Shown: in pieces, positions 1 to 8,915 of the stretch
How the letters are laid out: every line of letters starts with the position of its first letter
Position numbering within the stretch: position 1 is the stretch's first letter
Origin: Ignavibacteria bacterium
Lineage (GTDB): Bacteria > Bacteroidota > Ignavibacteria > UBA10030 > SZUA-254
Direction of reading: 5' to 3'
Length of the DNA: 39,803 nucleotides
NCBI GenBank assembly: GCA_003235555.1
Contig: QJVY01000028.1
Span: forward strand, 1 to 39,803
Notes under the pieces: generated by a model
What the model was told of the DNA's origin: nothing
Seen by the model: the letters and a program-made list of their open reading frames with translations, nothing else
Database searches by the model: none
Position numbers and translations under genes: made by a program

Positions 1-1629
1 TACCTCTACCGGTACGAGGCCCCCGAACTGGCGTACGGGAACGACCTCTTCGACCTGGACATCTCCCCCGACGGCAGGACGCTATTGGGGGTGCTGCTGG
101 AAATCAACGGCAGGCAGAAACTCGTGAAGATGGACATCGACTCGCTGATCGCCGGTTCGCGCTCCAACGAGTTCGTCTACGAGTTCGAAAACAACTCGCC
201 GGCCAATTTCGTCTTCTCGCCCGACGGCAGGGAACTCTACGGAACGTCGTACTACACGGGCGTTTCGAACATCTTCCGGATCAACCTCGCGACAAAGAAA
301 CTGGACGCCCTCTCGAACGCCGAGGCGGGGCTGTTCCGGCCGGTCCCCTACACGGGGGATTCCCTCATCGCCTTCAGATACACCGGCAAGGGGTTCCTCC
401 CGGTCGCCCTCCCGATCCGTCCGACCGAGGACATCACCCCGATCAGGTACCTGGGCCAGCAGATCGTGGAGAAGTACCCGGTCGTCAAGGAGTGGAAGCT
501 CGCCCCGCCGAACCCGGCAAGGATAGACATCGACTCGCTCACCGAGTACAAGGGCGAATACGTGGGGCTGGGCGACCTGCACCTGGCCGGCGCCTACCCG
601 GTGGTCCAGGGGTACAAGGACGTCTACACGCTGGGGATGAACATGACCGTGTCGGACCCCCTCCCGATGCACTACTTCAACCTCACGGCTTCCTACTCCC
701 CGAACAGGAACCTCGTCCCCAAGGAGCGGATCCACGGGTCGCTCGAATATTTCTACCGGGCCTGGAAATTCACCGCCGGGTACAACAGCGCCGACTTCTA
801 CGATCTCTTCGGGCCGACGAAGACCGGCCGCAAGGGGTATACCGCATCGATCAGTTACGGCGACAGGATCCACGAACAACGGCCGACCCTCGTCAATTAC
901 ACCGTCACGCTCTCCGGCTACTCCGATCTGGACCGTCTGCCCGATTACCAGAACGTCGCTCCGACCCTTGACAGGTTCCTGAACCTCTCGTTCCGGCTGA
1001 ACAGCACGTCGCTCCTGCGGACCCTCGGCGCGGTCGATTACGAAAAGGGTTTCAGCGGATCGGCCGTCCTCAGCACCAAGTACGGCCGCGAGAAGTTTTT
1101 CCCCAGGATCTACACGACGGCCGACTTCGGGACGATCCTCTGGGACCATTCATCGCTGTGGCTCAGGACCTCCTTCGGCAAGGCTTTCGGCGACCGCTCC
1201 AATTCCCTGGTGAATTTCTACTTCAGCGGTTTCGGGAACAACTGGGTGGACCACGGGGAGGTGAGGCGGTTCCGGGATTACTACAGTTTCCCCGGCGTGA
1301 ACATCGACGACCAGGCCGGGCTCGGCGGCACGAATTTCGCACGCGTTCTGCTGGAATGGGACCTCCCGCCGCTCCGCTTTCGCCGGGTCGGGTTCCCGGC
1401 GGCCTACGCCAACTGGGCGAGGCTCGCACTGATCACCACGGGCCTCATGACGAACCTGGAGGACGACGCCACGAGGACGCGGGCGCTGAGCGCCGGCCTG
1501 CAACTGGACGTCAAGCTCGTCCTCTTCTCGAACCTCGAATCCACGCTTTCCGGCGGTTTCGCGGCGGCCTTCAGGCCCCGACTTCCCCGGACGGAGGAAT
1601 GGATGGTTTCACTCAAAATTCTCAGGTAA
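1..1629 (+). CDS. 5'-truncated outer-membrane protein: TolB/PD40-like beta-propeller followed by a probable beta-barrel
   Basis: The frame is open from base 1 (YLYRYEAPELAYGNDLFDLDISPDGRTLL...). It has PD40-like SPDG motifs (DISPDGR, VFSPDGRELY). The C-terminal half has alternating aromatic/hydrophobic beta-strand patterns. Confidence 0.65.
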   Translation, partial: YLYRYEAPELAYGNDLFDLDISPDGRTLLGVLLEINGRQKLVKMDIDSLIAGSRSNEFVYEFENNSPANFVFSPDGRELYGTSYYTGVSNIFRINLATKKLDALSNAEAGLFRPVPYTGDSLIAFRYTGKGFLPVALPIRPTEDITPIRYLGQQIVEKYPVVKEWKLAPPNPARIDIDSLTEYKGEYVGLGDLHLAGAYPVVQGYKDVYTLGMNMTVSDPLPMHYFNLTASYSPNRNLVPKERIHGSLEYFYRAWKFTAGYNSADFYDLFGPTKTGRKGYTASISYGDRIHEQRPTLVNYTVTLSGYSDLDRLPDYQNVAPTLDRFLNLSFRLNSTSLLRTLGAVDYEKGFSGSAVLSTKYGREKFFPRIYTTADFGTILWDHSSLWLRTSFGKAFGDRSNSLVNFYFSGFGNNWVDHGEVRRFRDYYSFPGVNIDDQAGLGGTNFARVLLEWDLPPLRFRRVGFPAAYANWARLALITTGLMTNLEDDATRTRALSAGLQLDVKLVLFSNLESTLSGGFAAAFRPRLPRTEEWMVSLKILR

Positions 1630-1654
1630 CGGAGGGTCTCGCGACCACACGACC

Positions 1655-2677
1655 ATGAACCAGCTCCCCGTCGAGCGGCTCCTCGACACGGCGGTCAGCC
1701 TCCTGCCGGTGTTTATATTTTTACTGGCGCTCGTCTTCCTGGACAGCTATAAACTCGTGAAGCTCCACCAGGTGGTGGTGACGATCATTTTCGGCTCCCT
1801 CTCGGCGGTCTTCGCGCTGTTTCTCAATACGTGGCTGTCCGGATACGTCCCGGGGGGGCTGCACATCCTGCCGCGGTACGTTGCCCCGGTGACCGAGGAG
1901 ACGCTCAAGGCGGTGTTCATCGTCTACCTGATCCGGAGCCGCAAGGTCGGGTTCATGGTCGACGCCGCCATACACGGCTTCGCGGCGGGGGCGGGGTTCG
2001 CCTTCATGGAGAACGTCTATTACCTCCAGGTGGTGACCAACAATTCCATGCTGGTGTGGCTCATCCGGGGTTTCGGGACGGCGGTGATGCATGGCGGCAC
2101 CGCGGCGGTCCTGGCGATCCTGACCAAGAGCCTCGTCGACCAGTCCCCGGCGTTCCGGGCATGGCACGTCCTGCCGGGCCTGCTGACCGCCATGGTCATC
2201 CACTCGTTCTTCAACCACGTCCCGTTCCCGCCGCAGTACATGACCGCCGTGCTCCTGGTCGGCCTTCCGCCGATCATGATCTACGTCTTCACCCGGAGCG
2301 AAAAGTCCACCCGGGAATGGCTAGGCGTCGGCTTCGACACCGACGCGACCCTCCTGGATCAAATCAACACCGGGGAGGTGACCTCAACACCCGTGGGGCA
2401 GTATCTCTACACACTGAAGGACAGGTTCCCGGGGCAGCTCGTGGCCGACATGCTCTGCCTCCTCCGGCTCCACCTCGAACTCTCCATCCGTGCGAAGGGA
2501 GTCCTGCTCATGCGCGAACACGGTTTTGGTTCCACGATCGAGCAGGACGTCCGCGACAAGTTCTCCGAAATGGAGTACCTCGAAAAAAACATCGGCAAGA
2601 CCGGGCGGCTGGCGATCAAACCGTTCCTCCACACCTCCCACAGGGACCTGTGGCAGCTCTACATGATCGGCAAGTGA
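1655..2677 (+). CDS. PrsW-family glutamic-type intramembrane protease with a long soluble C-terminal extension
   Basis: Multi-TM protein with PrsW motifs APVTEETLK (EExxK), GFAFMEN, AVMHG and IHSFFN. Confidence 0.85.
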   Translation: MNQLPVERLLDTAVSLLPVFIFLLALVFLDSYKLVKLHQVVVTIIFGSLSAVFALFLNTWLSGYVPGGLHILPRYVAPVTEETLKAVFIVYLIRSRKVGFMVDAAIHGFAAGAGFAFMENVYYLQVVTNNSMLVWLIRGFGTAVMHGGTAAVLAILTKSLVDQSPAFRAWHVLPGLLTAMVIHSFFNHVPFPPQYMTAVLLVGLPPIMIYVFTRSEKSTREWLGVGFDTDATLLDQINTGEVTSTPVGQYLYTLKDRFPGQLVADMLCLLRLHLELSIRAKGVLLMREHGFGSTIEQDVRDKFSEMEYLEKNIGKTGRLAIKPFLHTSHRDLWQLYMIGK

Positions 2678-3180
2678 GGGCGGCCCGGGTATCGGTTCCC
2701 GCCGGACGGACGGCGGTTGCCGTCACGATCGTCTCCGCGCTCTTCCTGTCGATCGCGGCGTGGTCGTGCGCCGGGGGCGGTGCCGGGCCGGCCGCGGACG
2801 ACGGCTGGCGATCCGGGGTGGATTCGGTGCTGACAGCCCAGGCGGAATCGTGGAACGCGGGGGACATCGCCGGATACATGGAGGGGTACTGGAAATCCGA
2901 CAGCCTGCTCTTCACCAGCGGCGGCAAGGTCCGGCGGGGGTGGAGGGAGACCCTCGAAAAATATTCCGCCTCCTACGACACGCCGGAGAAGATGGGAAAG
3001 CTCCGCTTCTCCGGGCTGGAGTACCACCACCCGGTCCCGGGGGCGGCGTGGGTGTTCGGCCGCTGGGAGCTCGAACGGGAGGGGGACCGCCCGGGGGGCG
3101 TGTTTACGGTCATCCTGAAGAAATTTCCGCAGGGGTGGCGCATCGTCCACGACCACACCTCGTCGGATCCGGCACAGTGA
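2674..3180 (+). CDS. NTF2-like (DUF4440/YybH-type) lipoprotein
   Basis: The GTG at 2674 overlaps the upstream TGA (GTGA). A hydrophobic stretch ends in the lipobox-like AAWSC. Motifs WNAGDIAGYM..YW and WRIVHDHTS. The 1831 start in the ORF track is an extension over the PrsW gene. Confidence 0.75.
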   Translation: MRAARVSVPAGRTAVAVTIVSALFLSIAAWSCAGGGAGPAADDGWRSGVDSVLTAQAESWNAGDIAGYMEGYWKSDSLLFTSGGKVRRGWRETLEKYSASYDTPEKMGKLRFSGLEYHHPVPGAAWVFGRWELEREGDRPGGVFTVILKKFPQGWRIVHDHTSSDPAQ

Positions 3181-3233
3181 CGCCGGCCGTGTCCGGACCG
3201 TCGCAATCCGTTACCTAGAGAAGAGCTCATCCG

Positions 3234-4130
3234 ATGACCAGCGATCCCGTGTACCACACCGATTTTCCCGGGCTGAAATTCCTCCGCCGGGGGAAAGTCC
3301 GCGACCTCTACGACCTCGGGGAATTCCTCCTCATCGTCGCGACCGACCGGCTCTCGGCGTACGACGTCATCATGCCCCGGCCCATCCCGCACAAGGGGAA
3401 GGTGCTTACGCAGATTTCGAATTTCTGGTTCTCCCTGATGACGGACATCATCCCCAACCACATCGTGGCGACCGACGTCGAGGATTTCCCCGCCGAGTGC
3501 GAACCGTACGCCGACCGGCTCCGCGGGCGCAGCGTGCTGGTCCGCAGAACATCTCCCCTCCCGGTGGAGTGCGTCGCGCGGGGGTACGTCTCCGGGTCGG
3601 GGTGGAGCGAATACAGCGCGTCGGGGCGGATCTGCGGGATCCAGCTCCCTCCAGGGCTGCTGGAATCCGACCGGATCCCGCAACCGATCTTCACCCCGGC
3701 GACGAAGGCGGAGGAGGGGCACGACGAGAACATCTCCTTTGAACAGGCCGCCGAAATCGCGGGGGCGGAGGAGATGGAGTCCGCCCGCGCTCACACGCTC
3801 AAAATCTACACGCGGGCCGCAGAGATCGCCCTCGACAAGGGGATCATCATCGCGGACACCAAGATGGAATTTGGAACGGCCGACGGCCGGCTGATGCTCA
3901 TCGACGAACTCCTCACGCCGGATTCCTCGAGGTTCTGGCCGAAGGACCGGTACGCCCCCGGCGGCCCGCAGGAGAGTTTCGACAAGCAGTTCGTCAGGGA
4001 TTATCTCCTCTCCATCAGGTTCAACAAACAGCCCCCGGGACCGGAACTCCCCGACGACATCGTCCGCAGAACCTCGGACCTCTACCGCGAGGCGCTCGTG
4101 AAACTGACCGGCCGCGACATCGAGGAGTAG
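3234..4130 (+). CDS. purC: Phosphoribosylaminoimidazole-succinocarboxamide (SAICAR) synthase
   Basis: Motifs [51 protein letters not shown] and SFDKQFVRD. Confidence 0.97.
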   Translation: MTSDPVYHTDFPGLKFLRRGKVRDLYDLGEFLLIVATDRLSAYDVIMPRPIPHKGKVLTQISNFWFSLMTDIIPNHIVATDVEDFPAECEPYADRLRGRSVLVRRTSPLPVECVARGYVSGSGWSEYSASGRICGIQLPPGLLESDRIPQPIFTPATKAEEGHDENISFEQAAEIAGAEEMESARAHTLKIYTRAAEIALDKGIIIADTKMEFGTADGRLMLIDELLTPDSSRFWPKDRYAPGGPQESFDKQFVRDYLLSIRFNKQPPGPELPDDIVRRTSDLYREALVKLTGRDIEE

Positions 4131-4158
4131 CACCGTCGGGGAAACGCGGCGGTTGGAT

Positions 4159-4187
4159 TTTCCCCGGAGCGGAAATTTCCGTATCTT
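4159..4187 (+). promoter_or_regulatory. Possible sigma70 promoter for the M16 operon with a perfect palindrome in the spacer
   Basis: TTTCCC-N17-TATCTT (weak -35). CGGAAATTTCCG at 4170-4181 is a perfect 12-bp palindrome abutting the -10. Confidence 0.35.
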
Positions 4188-4302
4188 CGGTAACTCTGTT
4201 CCCCGGTCCACGTACACTCACGTAATCCACAATTTTCACGGTTGTCCCCGTTTCGTTGAAAACCCCGACTATTTCACTGTTCGTCCATTTCCGGAGGTGT
4301 CC

Positions 4303-5649
4303 ATGTTCCGATACGCAAGCCTGATCCTGATCACGCTCGCCGCGGCCCTGCAGCTGCCCGCGCAGGGTGACGCGGCGAAAGTCTTCCCCTATACCATCAA
4401 CCAGGTGACCCTCGACAACGGTCTGAAAATCGTTTCGATTCCCTTCGACAGCCCCGGCATCATCGCCTACTATACGGTGGTGCGGACCGGCTCGCGCAAC
4501 GAGGTCGAACCGGGAAAATCCGGGTTCGCGCATTTCTTCGAGCACATGATGTTCCGGGGGACCGACAAGTACAGCAAGGACGATTTCAACAAACTCCTGA
4601 AATCGATCGGCGCCGACAACAACGCGAACACCTCCGACGACCGGACCGTCTACCACACGCTTGCCAGCGCCGACGCGCTGGAGACGATCATGGACATGGA
4701 GTCCGACCGTTTCATGAACCTCAAATACTCGGAGGAGGACTTCAAGACCGAGGCGGGGGCGATCCTCGGCGAGTACAACAAGAACTACTCGAGCCCCTTC
4801 ATGACGATCTTCGAGAAGCTCCGCGAGGCGGCCTACGAGGGACACACCTACAAGCACACGACGATGGGCTTCCTGAGGGACATCAAGGACATGCCGCAGC
4901 AGTACCAGTACAGCCTGGAGTTTTTCGACCGCTGGTACCGGCCCGAGAATTGCGTGGTGCTGGTCGTGGGGGATTTCGACCAGGCGAAGCTCGTCGCCCT
5001 GGCGAAACAATATTACGGTCCGTGGAAGAGGGGGACCTACACGCTCGACGTCCCCGTCGATCCGCCGCAGACGGAGGAGAAACTCATCAACCTTCCCTGG
5101 AAGGCGAAGACGCTCCCGATCGTCTCGATCGGTTACCACGGCCCGGCCTTCAGCGACGAGACGCGCGACATGCCCGCGATGGACCTCCTTTCGCAGGTCG
5201 TCTTTTCCGAGACCTCCGAACTCTTCCGGAAACTGGTCATCGAGGAGCAGCTCGTGGAGTTCGTGCAGGGGAGCGAGGGCGACAGCCGCGACCCGGGGCT
5301 GTTCACGATTTTCACGAGGGTGAAGGACCCGAAGAACATCGAGCTCGTCAGGTCCGAAATCGAGAAGGCGATCACCGAGGCGAAGGAGAAACCGGTGAGC
5401 GCCGAACGGCTCCAGGCCATCAAGTCGCACCTGAAGTACCAGTTCGCGATGGGGCTCGACAACCCCGACGCGGTGGCCGCGAACATTTCCCATTACATCC
5501 AGCTGACGGGAGACCCAGAATCAGTGAACCGCGTCTACCGACTCTACGACCAGATCACCCCCGATGACATCATGTCCGTCGCGAAGAAATACTTCAACGC
5601 GACGAACAGGACCACCGTTATTCTCACACAGGAGGAAAGTTCACAATGA
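4303..5649 (+). CDS. M16 (pitrilysin/insulinase) zinc peptidase, catalytic subunit, exported
   Basis: GGAGG RBS then ATG at 4303. Signal peptide, TLDNGL, GSRNE, inverted zinc motif HFFEH, and NANTS.D.T.Y. Confidence 0.92.
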   Translation: MFRYASLILITLAAALQLPAQGDAAKVFPYTINQVTLDNGLKIVSIPFDSPGIIAYYTVVRTGSRNEVEPGKSGFAHFFEHMMFRGTDKYSKDDFNKLLKSIGADNNANTSDDRTVYHTLASADALETIMDMESDRFMNLKYSEEDFKTEAGAILGEYNKNYSSPFMTIFEKLREAAYEGHTYKHTTMGFLRDIKDMPQQYQYSLEFFDRWYRPENCVVLVVGDFDQAKLVALAKQYYGPWKRGTYTLDVPVDPPQTEEKLINLPWKAKTLPIVSIGYHGPAFSDETRDMPAMDLLSQVVFSETSELFRKLVIEEQLVEFVQGSEGDSRDPGLFTIFTRVKDPKNIELVRSEIEKAITEAKEKPVSAERLQAIKSHLKYQFAMGLDNPDAVAANISHYIQLTGDPESVNRVYRLYDQITPDDIMSVAKKYFNATNRTTVILTQEESSQ

Positions 5650-7148
5650 AGTCGCCACGCATGTTCATCATCGCCGCGCTCGCCGTCCTCGTCGCCGGCG
5701 GCGCGTTCTCCGCCGTGAAGATCACCGAACTGCGGAGCGAAACCTCTCCCCTCGTCACCGTCCGGATCATCCTCCGCGCCGGCTCGATCAACGACCCGAA
5801 GGGGAAGGAGGGCCTCAACGCCCTTACCGCCAGCCTGATCGAACAGGGGGGGACGCAGCAGCTCTCGTACGCGGACGTCGTCGCGAAGCTCTACCCGTGG
5901 GCGGCGAACATCACCTCGAGGGCGGACCAGGAGATCACGAGCTTCACCGGAAACGTCCACCGCGACCACCTGCGGGATTTCTACAGGCTCTTCGCGGACC
6001 TCGTGCTCAGCCCGCGGTTCGATTCGTCGGATTTCGCGAGGGTCAAGGACCTGGGGATCAACTACCTGCAGAACAACCTCCGCGGGACCGATGACGAGGG
6101 CCTCGGGAAGCAGGCGCTCAACGCGTTCATGTTCGAGGGACACCCGTACGGGACCACGGAGTTCGGGACCGTCCAGGGTCTCACGTCCATCACCCTCGAC
6201 GACGTGAAGGCGTACTACCGGAAGATGTACACGCAGGCCAACCTCTGGGTGGGTCTCGCCGGGGGGTACCCCGCGGACTTCGCGTCGACGGTCCTCGCCG
6301 ATTTCGGCAGGATCCCGGAGGGGACGGCCGCCGCCGTCACCCTGCCCGCACCTCCCCCCGTGGAGGGGATGGAGCTGATGGTGGTGCAGAAGCCGGCGCG
6401 CGCGTACGCCGTTTCGATGGGGTACCCGATTTCGGTCACCCGGAAGGACAGGGAATATTACGCGCTGATGGTGGCGAATTCCTATTTCGGCGAACACCGG
6501 ACCTTCAACGGGGTGCTGATGAACAGCCTCCGTGGAGACCGCGGGATGAACTACGGGGACTATTCCTACATCGAGAAGTTCACCGGCGGCACGGCCGGCA
6601 ACGCCTTCCCGAACCTGAACACACCGCTGCGCCAGCAGTACTTCTCGATCTGGCTCAGGCCGATGCCACCCGAGCAGGCGCATTTCGCCATCCGTAACGC
6701 GATCTTCGAGCTCCGGCGTCTCGTCTCCGACGGACTGACGGAACAGCAGTTCGAGGAGACGCGCAAGTTCGTGGTGAATTATTCGAAGCTCTGGGCGGCC
6801 ACGATGGACAGGCGCCTGGGGTACCTCATGGACAGCGAGTTCTACGGTACGGACTATTACATCGACCGGATCGAAAAGGAACTGAAGACCCTGACCGTCG
6901 CCGACGTCAACGCGGCAGTCAAAAAATACCTCAACGCGGAGAACCTCAAGATCGCCGTCGTGGTGGACGAGGGGAAGGGGCAGGAGTTTTTCGACGCGGT
7001 GGCCAACAACGCCCCGTCGCCGATCACCTACGAGGCGCCGAGGCCGCAGAAAATCCTCGACGAGGACGCGATCATCAAGACCCTTCCGCTCAATATCAAC
7101 CGGGCGAAATCCAGGGTCGTGCCGGCCAGAGACCTCTTTGAAAAATAA
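5646..7148 (+). CDS. M16 peptidase non-catalytic partner subunit, exported
   Basis: ATGA overlap with the upstream gene. Signal peptide and AGS..DP.GKEGL but no HxxEH. Has the R/Y pair motif LRGDRGMNY typical of M16B partner subunits. Confidence 0.85.
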   Translation: MKSPRMFIIAALAVLVAGGAFSAVKITELRSETSPLVTVRIILRAGSINDPKGKEGLNALTASLIEQGGTQQLSYADVVAKLYPWAANITSRADQEITSFTGNVHRDHLRDFYRLFADLVLSPRFDSSDFARVKDLGINYLQNNLRGTDDEGLGKQALNAFMFEGHPYGTTEFGTVQGLTSITLDDVKAYYRKMYTQANLWVGLAGGYPADFASTVLADFGRIPEGTAAAVTLPAPPPVEGMELMVVQKPARAYAVSMGYPISVTRKDREYYALMVANSYFGEHRTFNGVLMNSLRGDRGMNYGDYSYIEKFTGGTAGNAFPNLNTPLRQQYFSIWLRPMPPEQAHFAIRNAIFELRRLVSDGLTEQQFEETRKFVVNYSKLWAATMDRRLGYLMDSEFYGTDYYIDRIEKELKTLTVADVNAAVKKYLNAENLKIAVVVDEGKGQEFFDAVANNAPSPITYEAPRPQKILDEDAIIKTLPLNINRAKSRVVPARDLFEK

Positions 7149-7190
7149 GCGGGACGGCGGACCCGCGCACCCTTCCCGCGGTGCCCGGCG

Positions 7191-7409
7191 GTGAAGATCA
7201 GCGTCCGGGTGAAGCCGAACTCCCGGGTGGAAGGTGTTGTAACCTCCGACGACGGGGTCGTCACGGTCCGCGTGGCGGCCCCGCCCGCGGAGGGCAAAGC
7301 CAACGAGCGGCTCATCTCCCTTCTCGCGGCCCACTTCAACGTCCCCAAAAGCCGGATTTCGATCAAACGGGGCGCTTCCGGAAGGAAGAAGATCGTCGAA
7401 ATTGCTTGA
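7191..7409 (+). CDS. DUF167/YggU (UPF0235) protein
   Basis: VRVKPNS...V.V.APPAEGKANE.L..LLA..F.VPKS.I.I.RG..GRKK pattern. Confidence 0.9.
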   Translation: MKISVRVKPNSRVEGVVTSDDGVVTVRVAAPPAEGKANERLISLLAAHFNVPKSRISIKRGASGRKKIVEIA

Positions 7410-7434
7410 CAAAACCGGCTGACTTTCGTACACT
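7406..7434 (+). promoter_or_regulatory. sigma70 promoter for the caspase-like/T9SS gene
   Basis: TTGACA(7406-7411)-N17-TACACT(7429-7434). The -35 overlaps the DUF167 stop codon. Confidence 0.8.
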
Positions 7435-7547
7435 ACCGCTGACATTTCAACCCCTTCTCAGTCCCCCGCGTTCCGGAGGTTGACAGACAATCAGTCGAGT
7501 GCCCCATCACTGCTCGGTGACCATCACCACCAAACAGAGAGGTCAGC

Positions 7548-8915
7548 ATGAATCAGGTACCAAGAGTTCTCCTCGCCGCGACTTTCCTTCTCCTCGTCGC
7601 AGTATCCCTTACAACGGCGCAGATCTCACGCGACAGCGCCATCACGCTGGTCACCGACCAGGTGATCAATCCCTCGCCCTATAATTCGACGCTCGTGGCG
7701 TTTCTCTACCAGCCTTCAGGGGGCGACAGCCTCCTTCCCGCCGGGACGGACATCGCCCCGTACGACAGCGCCTTCATCACCACGCTCGCCGGGCCGAAAT
7801 GGTTCTTCTGGATCGACCTCACGGGAGATTTCCGGTTCGAGCATCCGGTGAAGTTCGTCCTCGTCGATTCGGCCGACGGGACCGTCGACGTGTCCGACGG
7901 CGGCTGGTGGCCGGCACTTACGCTCCCCGGCGATACGACGACGTATCCCTGGAGTACGATCGACGACCGCGTCGAGGATTCCACCGGAACGATCTACGGG
8001 AGTTATACCGGCGTGATCCTCCCGCCGGCGATCGTTCCGTCCACGGTGCCCCGGTTCGATCCGCGAACCGACGCGCGTGACGACGGCATCCGGTATTTCC
8101 GGTTCAATTCGGCTCTCGCGGGAAACACCTGCGCCATCCTCGTCGGCGGCAGGGCACAGAAAAAGGGTGAGCAGAACGCCTGGCAGGGTGACCTCGATTC
8201 GATGAACACCGCGATGACGACACCGGCACCCGGTGGAGGAACCGGAATGGCGTCGGAAACACAGATGAAGAACAACGCCACGAAGGCGGACATCCAGAAA
8301 ATGCTGGACTCCGCGGCGGCGCATGGCTGCAACTCCATCATCTTCTATTACTCGGGCCACGGCGGCAAGGACGGCGGAGGTTATATGTGCCTCAACGGCT
8401 CCAACCTCAAGTACAGCGACCTTGCGACCATGCTCAACATCGCCGGGCTGAAATTCAAGAACGTGATCCTCGACAATTGTTACGGCGGCAGTTCGCTCGA
8501 CGACTTCGGGGGAAAACAGACCGTCGTCAAGATCACCACGGCATCGGATTCCACGAAGACCAGCACCGGAACACTGACCTGGAGAGACCTGGACGGGAGC
8601 GGGACGATTTCTGCCGGCGACTCGGTCGTCAAGGGCAGCGGGTATTACACCCGGGCCTGGATGGACTGCTGGCGGAAGCTCCGCGACAGCCTCAACCGCA
8701 ACCCCACACCGCAGGAAATCCACGACTGGGTCCGGAACGTCAACCCCGATTCGATCAACCAGAAGCAGAATCCGTCGAGTTCCACGATCTGGCCGGTGTT
8801 CACGTTCCAGTCTACCAGTTCCTCGGCACGGGGGTCGTTCTCGACTTCCAGTTTGTCGCCGGGCCCGTGGACGTCACCGTGCAGCGGACCCTGGGACCCG
8901 CGCAGGGGCAGATAG
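7548..8915 (+). CDS. Exported caspase/hemoglobinase-fold (clan CD, C14/C13-like) cysteine protease; N-terminal part of a frame-split gene
   Basis: AGAGAGG RBS and signal peptide. His motif IIFYYSGHG (H271, 8358), Cys motif VILDNCYGG (C311, 8478), then ITTAS, GYYTRAW and QNP. After about 8810 the frame turns Ser-rich and looks non-coding. Confidence 0.75.
   Translation: MNQVPRVLLAATFLLLVAVSLTTAQISRDSAITLVTDQVINPSPYNSTLVAFLYQPSGGDSLLPAGTDIAPYDSAFITTLAGPKWFFWIDLTGDFRFEHPVKFVLVDSADGTVDVSDGGWWPALTLPGDTTTYPWSTIDDRVEDSTGTIYGSYTGVILPPAIVPSTVPRFDPRTDARDDGIRYFRFNSALAGNTCAILVGGRAQKKGEQNAWQGDLDSMNTAMTTPAPGGGTGMASETQMKNNATKADIQKMLDSAAAHGCNSIIFYYSGHGGKDGGGYMCLNGSNLKYSDLATMLNIAGLKFKNVILDNCYGGSSLDDFGGKQTVVKITTASDSTKTSTGTLTWRDLDGSGTISAGDSVVKGSGYYTRAWMDCWRKLRDSLNRNPTPQEIHDWVRNVNPDSINQKQNPSSSTIWPVFTFQSTSSSARGSFSTSSLSPGPWTSPCSGPWDPRRGR

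Noticed and set aside
4258-4285. Second ECF-type promoter GAAAAC-N18-CGTC before the M16 gene, and TGAAAC-N16-CGGG at 17110-17135
   Set aside because: The first has a spacer 1-2 nt too long. The second has a mismatched -10 and points away from any gene start.
7499-7684. 61-aa ORF overlapping the caspase gene start as a leader peptide
   Set aside because: The nearest GGAGG is 19 nt away, and the ORF overlaps the main CDS out of frame with no telling composition.
8387-8809. N-terminal part of the 640-aa ORF as an independent gene start
   Set aside because: It overlaps the protease catalytic domain in another frame, has non-coding-like composition and no signal peptide. Only the part from about 8810 looks real.
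7548-8915. Caspase as part of an anti-phage system (CBASS, gasdermin, Avs, type III CRISPR-associated)
   Set aside because: It has a signal peptide and a T9SS tail and is monocistronic. No cyclase, NLR/STAND, gasdermin or CRISPR gene is nearby.
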